A DNA stretch of 63,241 bases, filler included, from Stramenopiles sp. TOSAG23-3 (Eukaryota): NCBI GenBank assembly GCA_900128585.1. It is 10 parts of 10 records of this genome, joined end to end, with 100 filler letters (N's around TTAATTAATTAA, not from the genome) between each part and the next. Parts side by side here need not be neighbours in the genome. Positions count along the whole stretch, not along the records: positions 38,041 to 45,525 come from LT643142.1; positions 45,626 to 53,110 come from LT643143.1; positions 53,211 to 60,693 come from LT643144.1; 7 more parts are not named here. One strand, written 5' to 3'. Positions 42,326 through 53,591 of the stretch are shown piece by piece (the stretch's first letter is position 1; the number at the start of each line of letters is the position of its first letter). A program made the translations under genes and the position numbers. Under the pieces are notes generated by a model. The model was not told the DNA's origin, made no database searches, and worked only from the letters and a program-made list of their open reading frames with translations.

Positions 42326-43864
42326 TGGGTTTCCAGTATTATTCCGATGACGTGCATTTGGGTTGTTCGAAGGAGGTTTGTTGTCAAATGGCGTAGCGTT
42401 GTGGTTCATAGAGCTTCCCAACATATCATTTGGGTTGCTTCCCCCGGTGTTCTGTCCAAACGGACCAGCGTTACCCTGGCTGGCAGGGGGTGCACTTTGG
42501 AACGGTGAGGCATCATTAGTTGAATTCCCAAACATACCCTCGGGGTTACTAGGGCCGGCACTTTGCTGAAAAGTATTACCACCCCCAAAAAATGCATCAT
42601 CGGAGGCCACAGGTTTTGTTTCAAATGTGGTGGACGCGGGGGCGGGCCAGGAGTCGTTTGCAGTATCCGCCTCTTCGTTGACCCCGAACCAGTCGTTAGA
42701 AATCGGTTGCTCGCTCGGCGTCGTGCTCGATCCTCGGCTGGGTTTCGGGGGTGGCTGCTCGTCGGGCGAACCAAACCCACTGTTGGAATTTCCCCACGGG
42801 TCAAACCCCTCACCGCCTTGCGAAGTTTCGGTGCCCCATTCGTTGCCCCCACTCTTGTTTGCAGCCGGCTCACTGCCCCAAAACTCTGCAGAGTTCGACG
42901 TCGTTCCCCAGTCCAAGTCTGTGCCATTATTGTCCTGGGGTGCGGCCCAGTCGTCTGACGGCGCACTTTCGAAGCCCCCCTCTTGCTTAGCTGGTGGCGG
43001 TGATTCTTGAAACAGTTGCGACCGAGGTTTTGGTTTATTAGGCGGGCGGGCTGGGCGAGTGGCTGGAGGCGCACTTTCTCTGGGAAACGCCGGCGTTGGC
43101 GCTTTGTCAGGCGCGTCGGCTGGCGGGGATTGAGGGCTTGGAGGGCTTGTTGGGCCATTGCTGCCCTCCTTGTGTTGAAGGTCTACCCCATCGGCTATAC
43201 CCTGGAACGATTTGAGAAGTTCGGTATGGTCGAGCAGTCGGGTAACGGTCCCATCAAGCTTTGAGGTAGCGGTGACAAATTCTTTAAACATCTGCGTTTC
43301 GAACTGAATCAATCGAGCAACTATTGCTCTCATCGTTTTGGAATGATCGAGTTTGAACTTTCTCACTTGGCCGAGGACTTTCTGCTCTGCGGCCTGGTAC
43401 AACTTTTTGCTCGATTCTAGTTTCTGCTCATTTCGTTGTAGGTACTCTACCTTCGCTTTCCCTTTTTGGACTTTGTCCTTTATTCCAATAATCTTTTTCT
43501 CGTAATGGTTTTTCTTCTTTTCGATGTCCCCAAACGCTTTCATGTCTTTCCGCCTGGCCTTCACAAGGACGACCCAGCGTTCCAGAGGGGTCAATATAAG
43601 CTCTTGAAATAATTTCGAGACCCTGTCTAATGTTCGGGTCCTCAGGTCAATATGTGCATTGTCCAACCGTTTGGCGTCTTCTACTCCAACGTTTATTATT
43701 TCAAAGCACTGGACCAGCGTGTCCGTGTGGAACTGCAGCCCACAACAGTACGATTTCGTCTGTTCCAAGTAGCTCGTCATTGCCACAAGCGCTTTCTTGG
43801 CGCCTTTTTCGGCACTCTCCATAAACGCAATGCCAGCCTTTATTTCTGCCAAAGGTGTCCCCAT
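42311..43864 (-). CDS. BAR-domain endocytic adaptor-like protein with Pro-rich region and DW/DPW/NPF-type motifs
   Basis: N-terminal coiled-coil helices (K..HYEKKI..IK.K...K..YLQRNEQKLES), PxxP-rich linker, DDW/DPW/SPF motifs, C-terminal NPFLDF. Likely start at ATG 43864; the track ORF extends to 44056. Confidence 0.7.
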   Translation of the reverse strand: MGTPLAEIKAGIAFMESAEKGAKKALVAMTSYLEQTKSYCCGLQFHTDTLVQCFEIINVGVEDAKRLDNAHIDLRTRTLDRVSKLFQELILTPLERWVVLVKARRKDMKAFGDIEKKKNHYEKKIIGIKDKVQKGKAKVEYLQRNEQKLESSKKLYQAAEQKVLGQVRKFKLDHSKTMRAIVARLIQFETQMFKEFVTATSKLDGTVTRLLDHTELLKSFQGIADGVDLQHKEGSNGPTSPPSPQSPPADAPDKAPTPAFPRESAPPATRPARPPNKPKPRSQLFQESPPPAKQEGGFESAPSDDWAAPQDNNGTDLDWGTTSNSAEFWGSEPAANKSGGNEWGTETSQGGEGFDPWGNSNSGFGSPDEQPPPKPSRGSSTTPSEQPISNDWFGVNEEADTANDSWPAPASTTFETKPVASDDAFFGGGNTFQQSAGPSNPEGMFGNSTNDASPFQSAPPASQGNAGPFGQNTGGSNPNDMLGSSMNHNATPFDNKPPSNNPNARHRNNTGNPFLDF

Positions 43865-44749
43865 GCTCCCCGACCCTTTTGGTATTACAAAAAAGTCCCT
43901 GGTATAAAAAGAACAAAAGGGGTATATATAGTGTAGATCCACTAAGAAACGTACTCCTAATGGCACTTTCCTGGTCTGTATACCGATCAAACGATAAAAA
44001 AAATATTCCAATAATAAACCACACGTCGTTGATGCTCCTGTAAAAATATTTTTCATTTCATTTATAATATATTATTAGTTCGTTTTTTTGGATATTTTAT
44101 TATATTATTAATTATTATTAAAAAAAAAAAAAAAAGAAGAGAAGAAGAAGAAGAAGAGAAGAAGAGAAGAAGAGAAGAAGAAAAAAAAAGAAGAAGAACA
44201 ACGAAACAAAGATGTGTGATGTGATGATGACGACGATAATAATACAGTTATANNNNNNNNNNNNNNNNNNNNNNNNNNNNNNNNNNNNNNNNNNNNNNNN
44301 NNNNNNNNNNNNNNNNNNNNNNNNNNNNNNNNNNNNNNNNNNNNNNNNNNNNNNNNNNNNNNNNNNNNNNNNNNNNNNNNNNNNNNNNNNNNNNNNNNNN
44401 NNNNNNNNNNNNNNNNNNNNNNNNNNNNNNNCCTCCTCTATCTACTTTGGTACTACGAATTTGTTGGATTGTATATGGAGAAACAATTTTCAAAATCTAA
44501 TAAATTTAATATAATATTCATCTACCTATATAAAATGATAAAAAGTTGAAATATTAACGCGAGAATTTCAAATACAAAAAGACAGCAGGCTCCTTGTTAT
44601 TGACTGAGGTAAAAGACCAGAGGGACATACCAATAAGTTCATTTGAATTCGGTTGGCATTGTTGGCGGTTGGGTTGCCCGGTATAATCGTACTCTTCGTT
44701 GGGTGTACATACCGACCGTGTACAACGCGTTGTTTTTACGGGCGCCATA

Positions 44750-45496
44750 ATGAACACTCGAAAAAACTTAGAGCAGGACGGGGGCACTCCAAAAAGGAGC
44801 TTGTCGATTCGGCAACGGTGTGGGTTAATGCACGCGTGTTTGTACATGGTCTGCTGCAAATGTATATGTTGCAAAAAGGGTTCGAAAGAGAGCAGCACGG
44901 AGGATGATGGGGCGGTGTTCGAAACTTCCGTGCTGATATTAGGGTGTCACGGTTCTGGAAAGTCAACCCTGCTGCATCAATTTTCCCAACCGCCAGAAAA
45001 CCGGGAAGCGTTGCCTACCGGCATAGTCCCGACGGATGGGTTTAGTATAAAGCAAGTCAAGTACAAAAATAATATGATCTCCTTCTGGGAAGTTGGCGGG
45101 ACCCCGCAGCTGAGAAAGTATTGGCATCGGTATGCCACGACGACATTTTTCCAAGTGCTAGTGTTCGTAGTCGATGTATCGGAGGCAGGAGTAACGGCGA
45201 TTGGTAAGTCCATAAGGGAACTGAAGCGGTTCATTGACGAAGTGAAGGCAAAGGTTTTGCTTAGAAGAAAAACGCTACTAGTACTCTTGAACAAGGCGGA
45301 CGCGGTTTCCACCCCTTCGACGCCCCAGGAATTCAAAACGACACTAGTTTCGTACAAAGCAATGTTTCAGTTCGCCCACGAGCATTTCAACTCCGTCAGG
45401 ATAATGTTGACTTCCTCACAGGCAATAGAATGTGGGCATGTTAAAAATTCTTGCAAGAGCCACAAAGATGTATTAGATAGTATCGTGTTCAAATGA
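44750..45496 (+). CDS. ARF-like small GTPase, ARL15-like
   Basis: Cys cluster CCKCICC before the G domain; GCHGSGKST, PTDGFSIK, WEVGG (E instead of D), RKYWHRY, LNKAD. Confidence 0.8.
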   Translation: MNTRKNLEQDGGTPKRSLSIRQRCGLMHACLYMVCCKCICCKKGSKESSTEDDGAVFETSVLILGCHGSGKSTLLHQFSQPPENREALPTGIVPTDGFSIKQVKYKNNMISFWEVGGTPQLRKYWHRYATTTFFQVLVFVVDVSEAGVTAIGKSIRELKRFIDEVKAKVLLRRKTLLVLLNKADAVSTPSTPQEFKTTLVSYKAMFQFAHEHFNSVRIMLTSSQAIECGHVKNSCKSHKDVLDSIVFK

Positions 45497-46180
45497 ATTA
45501 TTTTTTAAATTTCACATTGTTACAGNNNNNNNNNNNNNNNNNNNNNNNNNNNNNNNNNNNNNNNNNNNNTTAATTAATTAANNNNNNNNNNNNNNNNNNN
45601 NNNNNNNNNNNNNNNNNNNNNNNNNAGCTTTACGGTATTAAATGGCAAATTTGCTTTATTTTTGAGATTTTAAGGTTTTAATTCATTAAAATAAAAAAAA
45701 TTTAATACTCATAGTAATGGGGTGTAAATATGTAAATACTGTAAATATATTATTATACCAAGTAATACAGTAAGAGAATGAAGAAGAAAGAGAACAGAAG
45801 CAAAGAAGAACTTTCTTCATTCTTCTTCTCTCTACATCAGCCTTCTTCTTTTTTCTTCTTCATTCTCTCTCCCCTCTCTTCTTCTTCTTTCTTCATTCTT
45901 CTTTCTTCTTCTTTATTGTTGTTGTTGTTGTTGTTAGTTGTTAGTAGTTGTTGGTCTTCTTTTGGTCTTGGGTCGGCCGCCAGAATAAGTACCGGTAGAA
46001 CAAATAAAAAATAGCTTTGTTCTTCTTTTTTCTTCTATTACAACAAGAGAAGCATTTTGATGTGTAGTGAACACTACGATAAACACTAACATAGATGTTG
46101 TGGTAGACGTATTGTTTGCAAGAAAATATACCCACCAAGATTGGTGGTACTGACAACAGCTTCGTCTACTCCGTTATTAG

Positions 46181-47197
46181 ATGGCAACATTGTTGAAGTA
46201 CGATGAGGGCAACTTGGGCCTGCAGTCATACTGCGTTGGGCAGAAGGTTGTGTACAAATACACAAACCATGTGCAGACTTTCTTGCCTTCTAGCCCAGAG
46301 AGCGTCGCCGATATGGTGAATAAAGCGTTAAAACGAACGGGATTTTTCAAGCTGGCCAATAAGAAAGAGCTGCCAGAGGAGAACAAAGTTACTTCCCTTG
46401 CCGAAGCTGCGTGTGAGATTTTATCAGAAGGGAACCCATACAAAAAAGCAGCCCTTTCATTAAACTATGCTCGGGCCTGGTTTGACGGAAAACTTAAGAT
46501 TCAGCCCGACGAAGATGCATTTTACCCAATACCTCCAGATACCCCTGCTAGAAACGTGGAGACGGTGAACTACCTGAACGTCCCTAAGCGAGGGGGCGGT
46601 GGAAACCTGAAGAACGCAACTGCACTGGTGCACTCGTTGGCACATATTGAGAACGTTGCTATCGATTTGAGCTGGGATATCGTGGTGCGTTACTTGGACG
46701 AAGTTTTTGCAGCAAACCTGTCGACGCTATTCTTTGACGCCTGGGTGCGAGTCGGAGAAGACGAAAGTCGCCACTTTTTAGTTTGGAGTGAGCGGTTGGA
46801 GGAATTAGGTTCGTCGTATGGAGCGCTGCCGACCCACGACATGCTCTGGAATTCCGCAAAACGAACCAGCGATTCTCTGATGGCTCGTTTGGCTGTCGAG
46901 CACATGGCGCTAGAAGCAAGGGGACTCGACGTGTACCTCTCGTCCGTCCAAAAATTTGCAAAGAGTGGCGACCTGAAGTCCAGTGAACTGCTAACGGCCA
47001 TATATTTCGACGAAATCACTCACGTGGAAGCTGGCGTGCGTTGGTACGAGGCGTTGGCAAACCTGAGAGGCATAGAGCCAGTGTCAACCTTTCGGTCATT
47101 GCTGAAGGAACGTTTTCATGGCGAAAAGTTGAAACCACCCTTCAACTGCGAGGCCCGGACCAGGGCTGGCATGAAAAGTGGGTATTACAAGTATTGA
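46181..47197 (+). CDS. Ferritin-like DUF455 family protein
   Basis: PDTPAR, HSLAHIE..AIDLSWD, DESRHF, LG..YG.LP.H..LW, EARGLD, DEITHV..G.RW, PPFN..AR..AG. Confidence 0.88.
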   Translation: MATLLKYDEGNLGLQSYCVGQKVVYKYTNHVQTFLPSSPESVADMVNKALKRTGFFKLANKKELPEENKVTSLAEAACEILSEGNPYKKAALSLNYARAWFDGKLKIQPDEDAFYPIPPDTPARNVETVNYLNVPKRGGGGNLKNATALVHSLAHIENVAIDLSWDIVVRYLDEVFAANLSTLFFDAWVRVGEDESRHFLVWSERLEELGSSYGALPTHDMLWNSAKRTSDSLMARLAVEHMALEARGLDVYLSSVQKFAKSGDLKSSELLTAIYFDEITHVEAGVRWYEALANLRGIEPVSTFRSLLKERFHGEKLKPPFNCEARTRAGMKSGYYKY

Positions 47198-47338
47198 CTT
47201 AATCGATTTAATTAACTATATAATTTGTTTTTAACTTATACTACCAGAACGCCTTGAGGATGGGTTGCTTTCGGGGCGCGGGCGGTGTTCTCGCAGCACT
47301 CGCAGCCAGCGTCGTTCGTTTGCACTTGCACGCTCACA

Positions 47339-49096
47339 TCACTCTGGTCTACTGCGCCCCCCCCCCTCCGGGTTACGCTGCTGCTGTTCTTGAATCGCCC
47401 TCACTTTTTTCCTCCACTTGATTGCGTCGGCGTACGTAGGCTTCATCGCCAAGGACTTGTCGAACCCAGCCAAAGATTTTTCGTATTCCTCCACATAGCT
47501 CATGCAGATCCCAACGTTGTACCACGTGACGTGGTGTTCGCCGCAGTGTATATTGGATTGCTGGAAGTACTCGGCCGCTTCACCATATTTCCGAAGGCCC
47601 ATCATAATTCTTCCTATTTCAAACGCAATGTCCTTTGTTTTATCCAGCGGGTAGTAGCAGTCCCAAACCTGGAGCATGTCCCGGTATACATCGGCCTTCA
47701 TCCTATCCGTAGCGTGCGGGGTCTTGTCGATGATGATTCGCTTGAATTTCAAGAATACGTCCGTGTCCCAATGGGCGAGGCGTGTCGTTGTCAGTGCCGT
47801 CTTCAAAGACGGGTGGGGCGCTTCGTCCCTCACACAGCGCTGGAGCGCCGTAAAGTCTTCGGGGTTAAATTCGTGCATTGTGTTGTGCCACTGAAAACGA
47901 AGCCCGCGCACGTCGGCGTGCTTGCTGCCGACAACGAGCGCGGCACACTTGAATCCTTCCAGCTTGGGCGTAAGCATCGAGCACCCCTTCAGCGTATTTT
48001 CTACGTACAGCTTGCACGCGTGCATGTTAACCATGAAGGAGAAACTCCCGTGGACGGCCACGTGGGGGTCTCGGACCCCACCGATCTGCGACTGTTGCGC
48101 GTAGCCCTTGTCACCCAAAAGCCACAAGACTGGGGCGCCCTGGAGCATGTTCTTCATGTTTCGAAGGCATCGAAGGCCGCCGATGGGGACCACGAAGGAC
48201 GCTTCGTTGTGGTGCTGAAGGTACGTGTCCAGGATACGGTTGAATTCGGCGTCCGCCCCATGGTAGTAGTCCGAATCGCACTTTCTAGACGACCACTTGA
48301 CCTTTACCCGCGGGATCATGGCCCACCCCCCCTTCTGCGCCTCGTCCTCCTCCTCTTCGGAGAAGACCGCGGCAAACGTCTCCTGCAACTCGCCACGTTC
48401 AATCCGGAACGCATCCTGCTTCAAGGTGTCGAACACGTAGTTGGCGATGAATACCACGGGGGCCTGCCCCCCCGGCAGATCGTGGCTTTCCCTAAAATAT
48501 TTTGCATTTAATACCTCCCCCGAGCGTTGCAAGTGTATCTCCGTATCGTTTTCTGCGTCAAACACGGCGTAGTCCATGTACCCCGACAGCAAGAACCGTT
48601 CCAGCCTGGGGTTGCAAGCCCAGTAGTCTACCGTTTCCTGAACAATGTCCGTTAGGACGAACCGGAAGCACATTTCCCAAGGCCAGAATGACCTCAGCTT
48701 CATCAGCTTTACTGCGACTAAAAACCCAAATTTCCCGTGCCCCGCTCCAATTTCTACAATGTTGATCGGCCGCCTGTCCAAGCTCGGCCCCCCGTTCTCC
48801 CCAGCCTTGTGCAAGTCCCTCGCATACGCCAAGATCAAACTTGCGTAGCAGTTGGCAAGGTACGCGTTCGACGACACAAAGTGCGGGACGGTGGTGTCCG
48901 CGCCCGACCAAGCCTGGACGTTCTTCTCTACGTAGAAGCTCCGTTGAGACTTGAACAATATGGAATCGGACAATCGTGTGGGGCCTTCAACAGGGTGAAG
49001 GACCGTCTGCCGGGGTGCGTTTTCCGTTGCAGTGGCCGTAAACCCCGGTGGGGGACCCGCGGGTGGTGGGACGGCTGGCGCGCCTGGTGCCGACAT
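47339..49096 (-). CDS. SAM-dependent methyltransferase (MidA-like) fused to C-terminal TPR repeats
   Basis: IVEIGAGHGKFG SAM motif, FVLTD, IANYVFDTL. TPR-like AFEIGRIMMGLRKYGEAAEYFQQS and TWYNVGICMSYVEEYEKSLAGFDKSLAMKP. Confidence 0.8.
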   Translation of the reverse strand: MSAPGAPAVPPPAGPPPGFTATATENAPRQTVLHPVEGPTRLSDSILFKSQRSFYVEKNVQAWSGADTTVPHFVSSNAYLANCYASLILAYARDLHKAGENGGPSLDRRPINIVEIGAGHGKFGFLVAVKLMKLRSFWPWEMCFRFVLTDIVQETVDYWACNPRLERFLLSGYMDYAVFDAENDTEIHLQRSGEVLNAKYFRESHDLPGGQAPVVFIANYVFDTLKQDAFRIERGELQETFAAVFSEEEEDEAQKGGWAMIPRVKVKWSSRKCDSDYYHGADAEFNRILDTYLQHHNEASFVVPIGGLRCLRNMKNMLQGAPVLWLLGDKGYAQQSQIGGVRDPHVAVHGSFSFMVNMHACKLYVENTLKGCSMLTPKLEGFKCAALVVGSKHADVRGLRFQWHNTMHEFNPEDFTALQRCVRDEAPHPSLKTALTTTRLAHWDTDVFLKFKRIIIDKTPHATDRMKADVYRDMLQVWDCYYPLDKTKDIAFEIGRIMMGLRKYGEAAEYFQQSNIHCGEHHVTWYNVGICMSYVEEYEKSLAGFDKSLAMKPTYADAIKWRKKVRAIQEQQQRNPEGGGRSRPE

Positions 49097-50227
49097 TCCG
49101 AAAGATACGCGTCTCTATAAATAAACACTTCCAAAATACTTCCAAAACGTGCGAAGGTATACTAAACAAGCGCAATCTAGTTGTTCACACGCGTGTGTAT
49201 CTATCTATCTATGGAAATTAAGTGGAATGTGAATACTAGGACAACCAATTCTATTCCTTGTTTGAATTATATTTTGTTCCTTTTTTTACCGACATATAAT
49301 TAATTAAAATATAGTTCCACCTGTACCGGTACCGCCGTACCGGTATAAAATATAATACCGTAGTGTGGAATGTGTAATAATACTACAATAATAGAACTAA
49401 TTTTATAAAAAAAAAAATAACAAAAAACAACAAGCACCACCAGCGCATCATCATTCAAGAAGAAGAAAAAAAAGATAGAAGAAGAAGAAGAAAGATGATT
49501 TTATAAATATTTATAATAATATAATTAATATCGATGATATTAATAGATAGGACGGAGAAGAAGAAGAAGAAGAAGAAGAAAAGGAGGAAGGAGGACGACA
49601 GAAGAAAACAAATTAATTATCTAATAAAAACTAATAAGACCACCTCCTCCCGCCTCCCCCCTTCCTCCTTCCTCCTTGAAAACAAAATAGTAGAAAAAAT
49701 AAATAAAACATAATAAATAAAATGCCACAATATCAAAGAAAGAAAGAAGAAGAAAGAGAAGAAGAAGACAAAGCCACCAAACCAAAAAATAGAATAATTT
49801 TTAAGTTAAGTATTTAAGAACGATTCGTTTTAAGTTTCTATACACATCAGTTTAAACTACAGAGAAGAAGAAGATACAAACAACCCCTTAAAAATCTCGT
49901 TGCTTATTTCTCGTTCGTCGTCCATCTGCTGCTGTGGTGTGTTGAAATGTTTTTTAGAGTTGTTTGTTTGTTTGATTGAAATAGAATAATGAAACAATTG
50001 TCTTACTTCAACAGTAGTTATTGGTAGTAGAACAAAATATATATACGCTACTAAACCACCCAATGAAAAAACGACTGTCTATACATTTCGTTCTTTTATC
50101 ACAGAGCATTATATTGTTCGCGACTGCTGGTATACACTGGTATAGTGTTCGTTATTAAGAAGGGTCGTTCGGTCTTTCTTTCATTTGTGTTTGTTATATA
50201 GAAGGTAAAACCAAGAAACGGTCCAAG

Positions 50228-51568
50228 ATGAAGCGCTCCTCTGCTGGGGCTCAAGACGCGTCCTTTTCTTCGCTGCTGGCAAGCCATAAAAACGCGAAGC
50301 GTAGAAGAAAGCGGCGAAAAGTTGCCGCACAAAACGGAGAGGTGATAAATGATGGTCCAAAAGTCATAGCAATGAACAAACCGTCGGCCGAGGAACTGGC
50401 CGAGGCCGCTAAAGCTGCGGAAGCAAAGTATGGTCCCCAGAGCGCGAAGCCGCCAACGGTTCCCGGAACTGCTGTCAAAAATGTATGCCGGCAGGTTGGC
50501 AGCATGTACCCCACCCCGACCCCGAGCGGGCAGAGGCCATGGCTAAGCGACGACTGGCTGAAATCGTTGGACCCGCCTTCGTGTGGAATGGGCAACAAGT
50601 TTTTCCTCTATTCTATGTACCGTTTGTACGCGAAATTTAATCGGAAACGGTTGTTCTTTTTCAGCAAAGATTGGCTACGGGATAAGTTTTGCCTGGCGAG
50701 GGAGGTTCGGTACGACGTGCAGGGAAACGCAGAAAGCGACGAGTCCGGAATCGACAGCAGTCAAATCACAAGGAACAGCAGGATGCTTCAGTCCGTCTTC
50801 GACAACTGCTCGATGTACCTGCAGTGGTCTCCCGCGGTGCTTGTCCACTCGCGTCTTGTCTATGCGTGGTTTGCAACATTCATCGCAGAATGCATCAAAG
50901 TGTCCCGCGCAAAGTACCCGGAGGTATCGTTCGACGACCACCTAGTAGTCCACCTTCGCACCGGGGATATTTTCGACGAACGGGTTCGGCAGTCGCAGAA
51001 CAAATCCAACAGCGGCTTTATATTTTACACCCAGCCCCCTGCGTGGTTTTACGGATGGCTTGCCCGGAAGAACGCTTACAAAACGGTAAGCATCGTTACC
51101 CAAACTCCGGAATCCACGTATTGCAAAGCTGTGAAGGTAGCCTTGGAAACGGTGTCGTCCATTACCAGCGTGCACTTGCGCACGGGCAAGATGCTGGAGG
51201 ATTTTGGGCTGTTGATGCAGGCCAAACACTTTGTGTCTTCGGTCTCGACGTTTTCGTGGTGGGCAATTTTTCTCGGTAACAAACATTTCGCGGACCACCA
51301 GCGTGGTGGGTTAAAAGCGAAAGGGGAGGATAGTGCTGCCGCGGCAAGGAGGCAAGTCTTTGTCCCGTTGACCGGGTATTGGCATCCTCAAAGCAAGCAT
51401 GGATCGCAATGCAAGTTTGTAATGGACGAAGCTTCAAATCAAGGATGCTGCGATCGCTACGAGTACATATTAGAAAAGGAGGATTATTGGCAAAATACAA
51501 ATGGGCAACGATCAAAACTTTTCGAATTCAATGCTCCAAATTGGTTCCTTGAGAAATACGGCACGTAG
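50228..51568 (+). CDS. Glycosyltransferase family 11-like (alpha-1,2-fucosyltransferase-like) protein
   Basis: GMGNKFF, VVHLRTGD (HxRRGD motif), EDFGLLMQAKHFVSSVSTFSWWAIFLG. Confidence 0.72.
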   Translation: MKRSSAGAQDASFSSLLASHKNAKRRRKRRKVAAQNGEVINDGPKVIAMNKPSAEELAEAAKAAEAKYGPQSAKPPTVPGTAVKNVCRQVGSMYPTPTPSGQRPWLSDDWLKSLDPPSCGMGNKFFLYSMYRLYAKFNRKRLFFFSKDWLRDKFCLAREVRYDVQGNAESDESGIDSSQITRNSRMLQSVFDNCSMYLQWSPAVLVHSRLVYAWFATFIAECIKVSRAKYPEVSFDDHLVVHLRTGDIFDERVRQSQNKSNSGFIFYTQPPAWFYGWLARKNAYKTVSIVTQTPESTYCKAVKVALETVSSITSVHLRTGKMLEDFGLLMQAKHFVSSVSTFSWWAIFLGNKHFADHQRGGLKAKGEDSAAAARRQVFVPLTGYWHPQSKHGSQCKFVMDEASNQGCCDRYEYILEKEDYWQNTNGQRSKLFEFNAPNWFLEKYGT

Positions 51569-51906
51569 TATATATTTTTATAAATATTAAAAGAGCAAAT
51601 AGTATATTATATAAAAAATACATACAAACAACAATTACATCGATCCTTAATATTTGTGTCAATCTGAACCATCCATCCAACCTTTTTCTTAATTGTATTT
51701 GTATTGGATGTTAATAGTCATTAAGTATACAACGAAAACAACAACGCGCAGCGCTCGAGATCCTCAAGAAACACAGCATCACAGCATAGGAAAAAATAAA
51801 GAAACAGAAAAAGAAGAATACAACAACGCATTCTTTCTTCATCATCTTCTCTCAACAAAATATAATAATAATAACAACAACAACAACACAAAAAAAAATT
51901 ATAAAA

Positions 51907-51938
<32 letters not shown>

Positions 51939-52149
51939 GAAGAATAAAATTTTATTATTATTATTAATTATGTTACCGACCTAAAAGAAGAAGTGTTGTG
52001 GTTTGCATGATTAACAGTGCGATTTGAGATAATAATCAAAGAGTAAGTAATTGGTATGTGGAAAGCAGTCGCGTATGTTGGATTAAAGTAGTGGGGGTTG
52101 TATTTGTTAATAAGAGGTACAACGAAAAACGTTTGAGCAGAGAGAAACC

Positions 52150-52596
52150 ATGGAAGACCAGAATCAGCACGAACTGTTTAGGGACGTTTTTCAAGTGGAA
52201 CAGATAGACCCGGATGGAAAGAAATTTGACCGGGTGTCTCGGCTTGTGTGCCGTGGAGATACGTATGGGATGATGCTTACAATTGACGTTCACTCGGAGT
52301 TTTTTCGGTGTAAGAGTCAAGATCGTATTAAATTAGCATTGACGTCAACAATCAATATCAACGGCGAGCCTGGCGCCGACACGTACGAGCCTCCTACCGA
52401 AAGGACGCTGTTGGACGACTATGATTACGGCATGCACGGGCAAGTCTTTCATTTTGAGAACAAAGAAGAAAACAATGTTGCTGTTTATATTTCATATGGT
52501 GGTCTTCTTATGCGCTTAGAGGGTAATCGTCGCCACGTAAACCCATTGATTACCAAGAACATGAAATTGTACTGTTTGATGAAGAAAGAGATTTAA
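52150..52596 (+). CDS. POLR2H: RNA polymerases I/II/III shared subunit RPB8 (RPABC3)
   Basis: LFRDVFQV..IDPDGKKFDRVSR, LLDDYDYGMHG, VYISYGGLLMRLEG. Confidence 0.96.
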   Translation: MEDQNQHELFRDVFQVEQIDPDGKKFDRVSRLVCRGDTYGMMLTIDVHSEFFRCKSQDRIKLALTSTININGEPGADTYEPPTERTLLDDYDYGMHGQVFHFENKEENNVAVYISYGGLLMRLEGNRRHVNPLITKNMKLYCLMKKEI

Positions 52597-53591
52597 ATGC
52601 CAGGCGGACATGCGCTGGTAAGGCAAGGCAATGCGACGGATGGATGGTCCAACCAAACAGTATACAATGCGTATGTGTTTTACCCTGTAATTAATAAGCT
52701 TAAGACGTATATATTTTGAACACTAGAACCAATTGCGCAAGCCTAAACCATCCCTTGCCCATGAAACAAAACCCAAACGTTTTCTCTGTGTGTTTTGAAC
52801 TGGATCCAAATACCCAAAATCCAAAACTGATCGAACGAAAGCATCAAAATCCGTTTCCGAAGAAGAAGCGCGGAAGAAGAAGCAATAGAAGAAGAAATAA
52901 TTTGTGGCTTCTCTGCTTATATTATACTTGTAATTACTATATTAGCTATATAAAAATACAATATATAATTCATAAACATCCATTCAATATAAACTTAATA
53001 TACAAATTCTTATATTAGTATTAATATACATATATACCTATATAAGAATTTATACTTATTAATGCCCCTCCCCTTCCCTCCCCCCCTCGGCCTATGCTTG
53101 TTCAACAACANNNNNNNNNNNNNNNNNNNNNNNNNNNNNNNNNNNNNNNNNNNNTTAATTAATTAANNNNNNNNNNNNNNNNNNNNNNNNNNNNNNNNNN
53201 NNNNNNNNNNCCCCCCCTTCCCGGTCAATAACCGTGCAAAGTACAATAAGGTATTAATACCAAGTAACAAGAAGAAGAGAGATTTGAAATTACGAGTATT
53301 CCTTCATTCTTCTTCTTTTCTTCAACCCAAGAACGAGGAGGAGGGAGGAGGAGAGAGAAGAGGAGATGCAACATATAATTTAATTAATGCAAAAAAAAGA
53401 AGAATCTCCTTCTCCTCCATTTTTTATATTATTATTTATTATATGGAAAGGTCGGTCAGTGGTCAGTCGTTCCATCTATAGGAAGTTGAGTTGGCATTTC
53501 ATACAACAAAAGTTAGATATACTCTATACGATGTATGTATACATTTCAATTTTAAATAATTTGTACATTCACAAGTGTTTGGATTTAGAAC

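Noticed and set aside
47285-48511. Long antisense ORFs (408 aa here; also 23458-24705 and 35204-35968)
   Set aside because: Shadow frames opposite well-supported genes in GC-rich coding sequence; no recognisable motifs.
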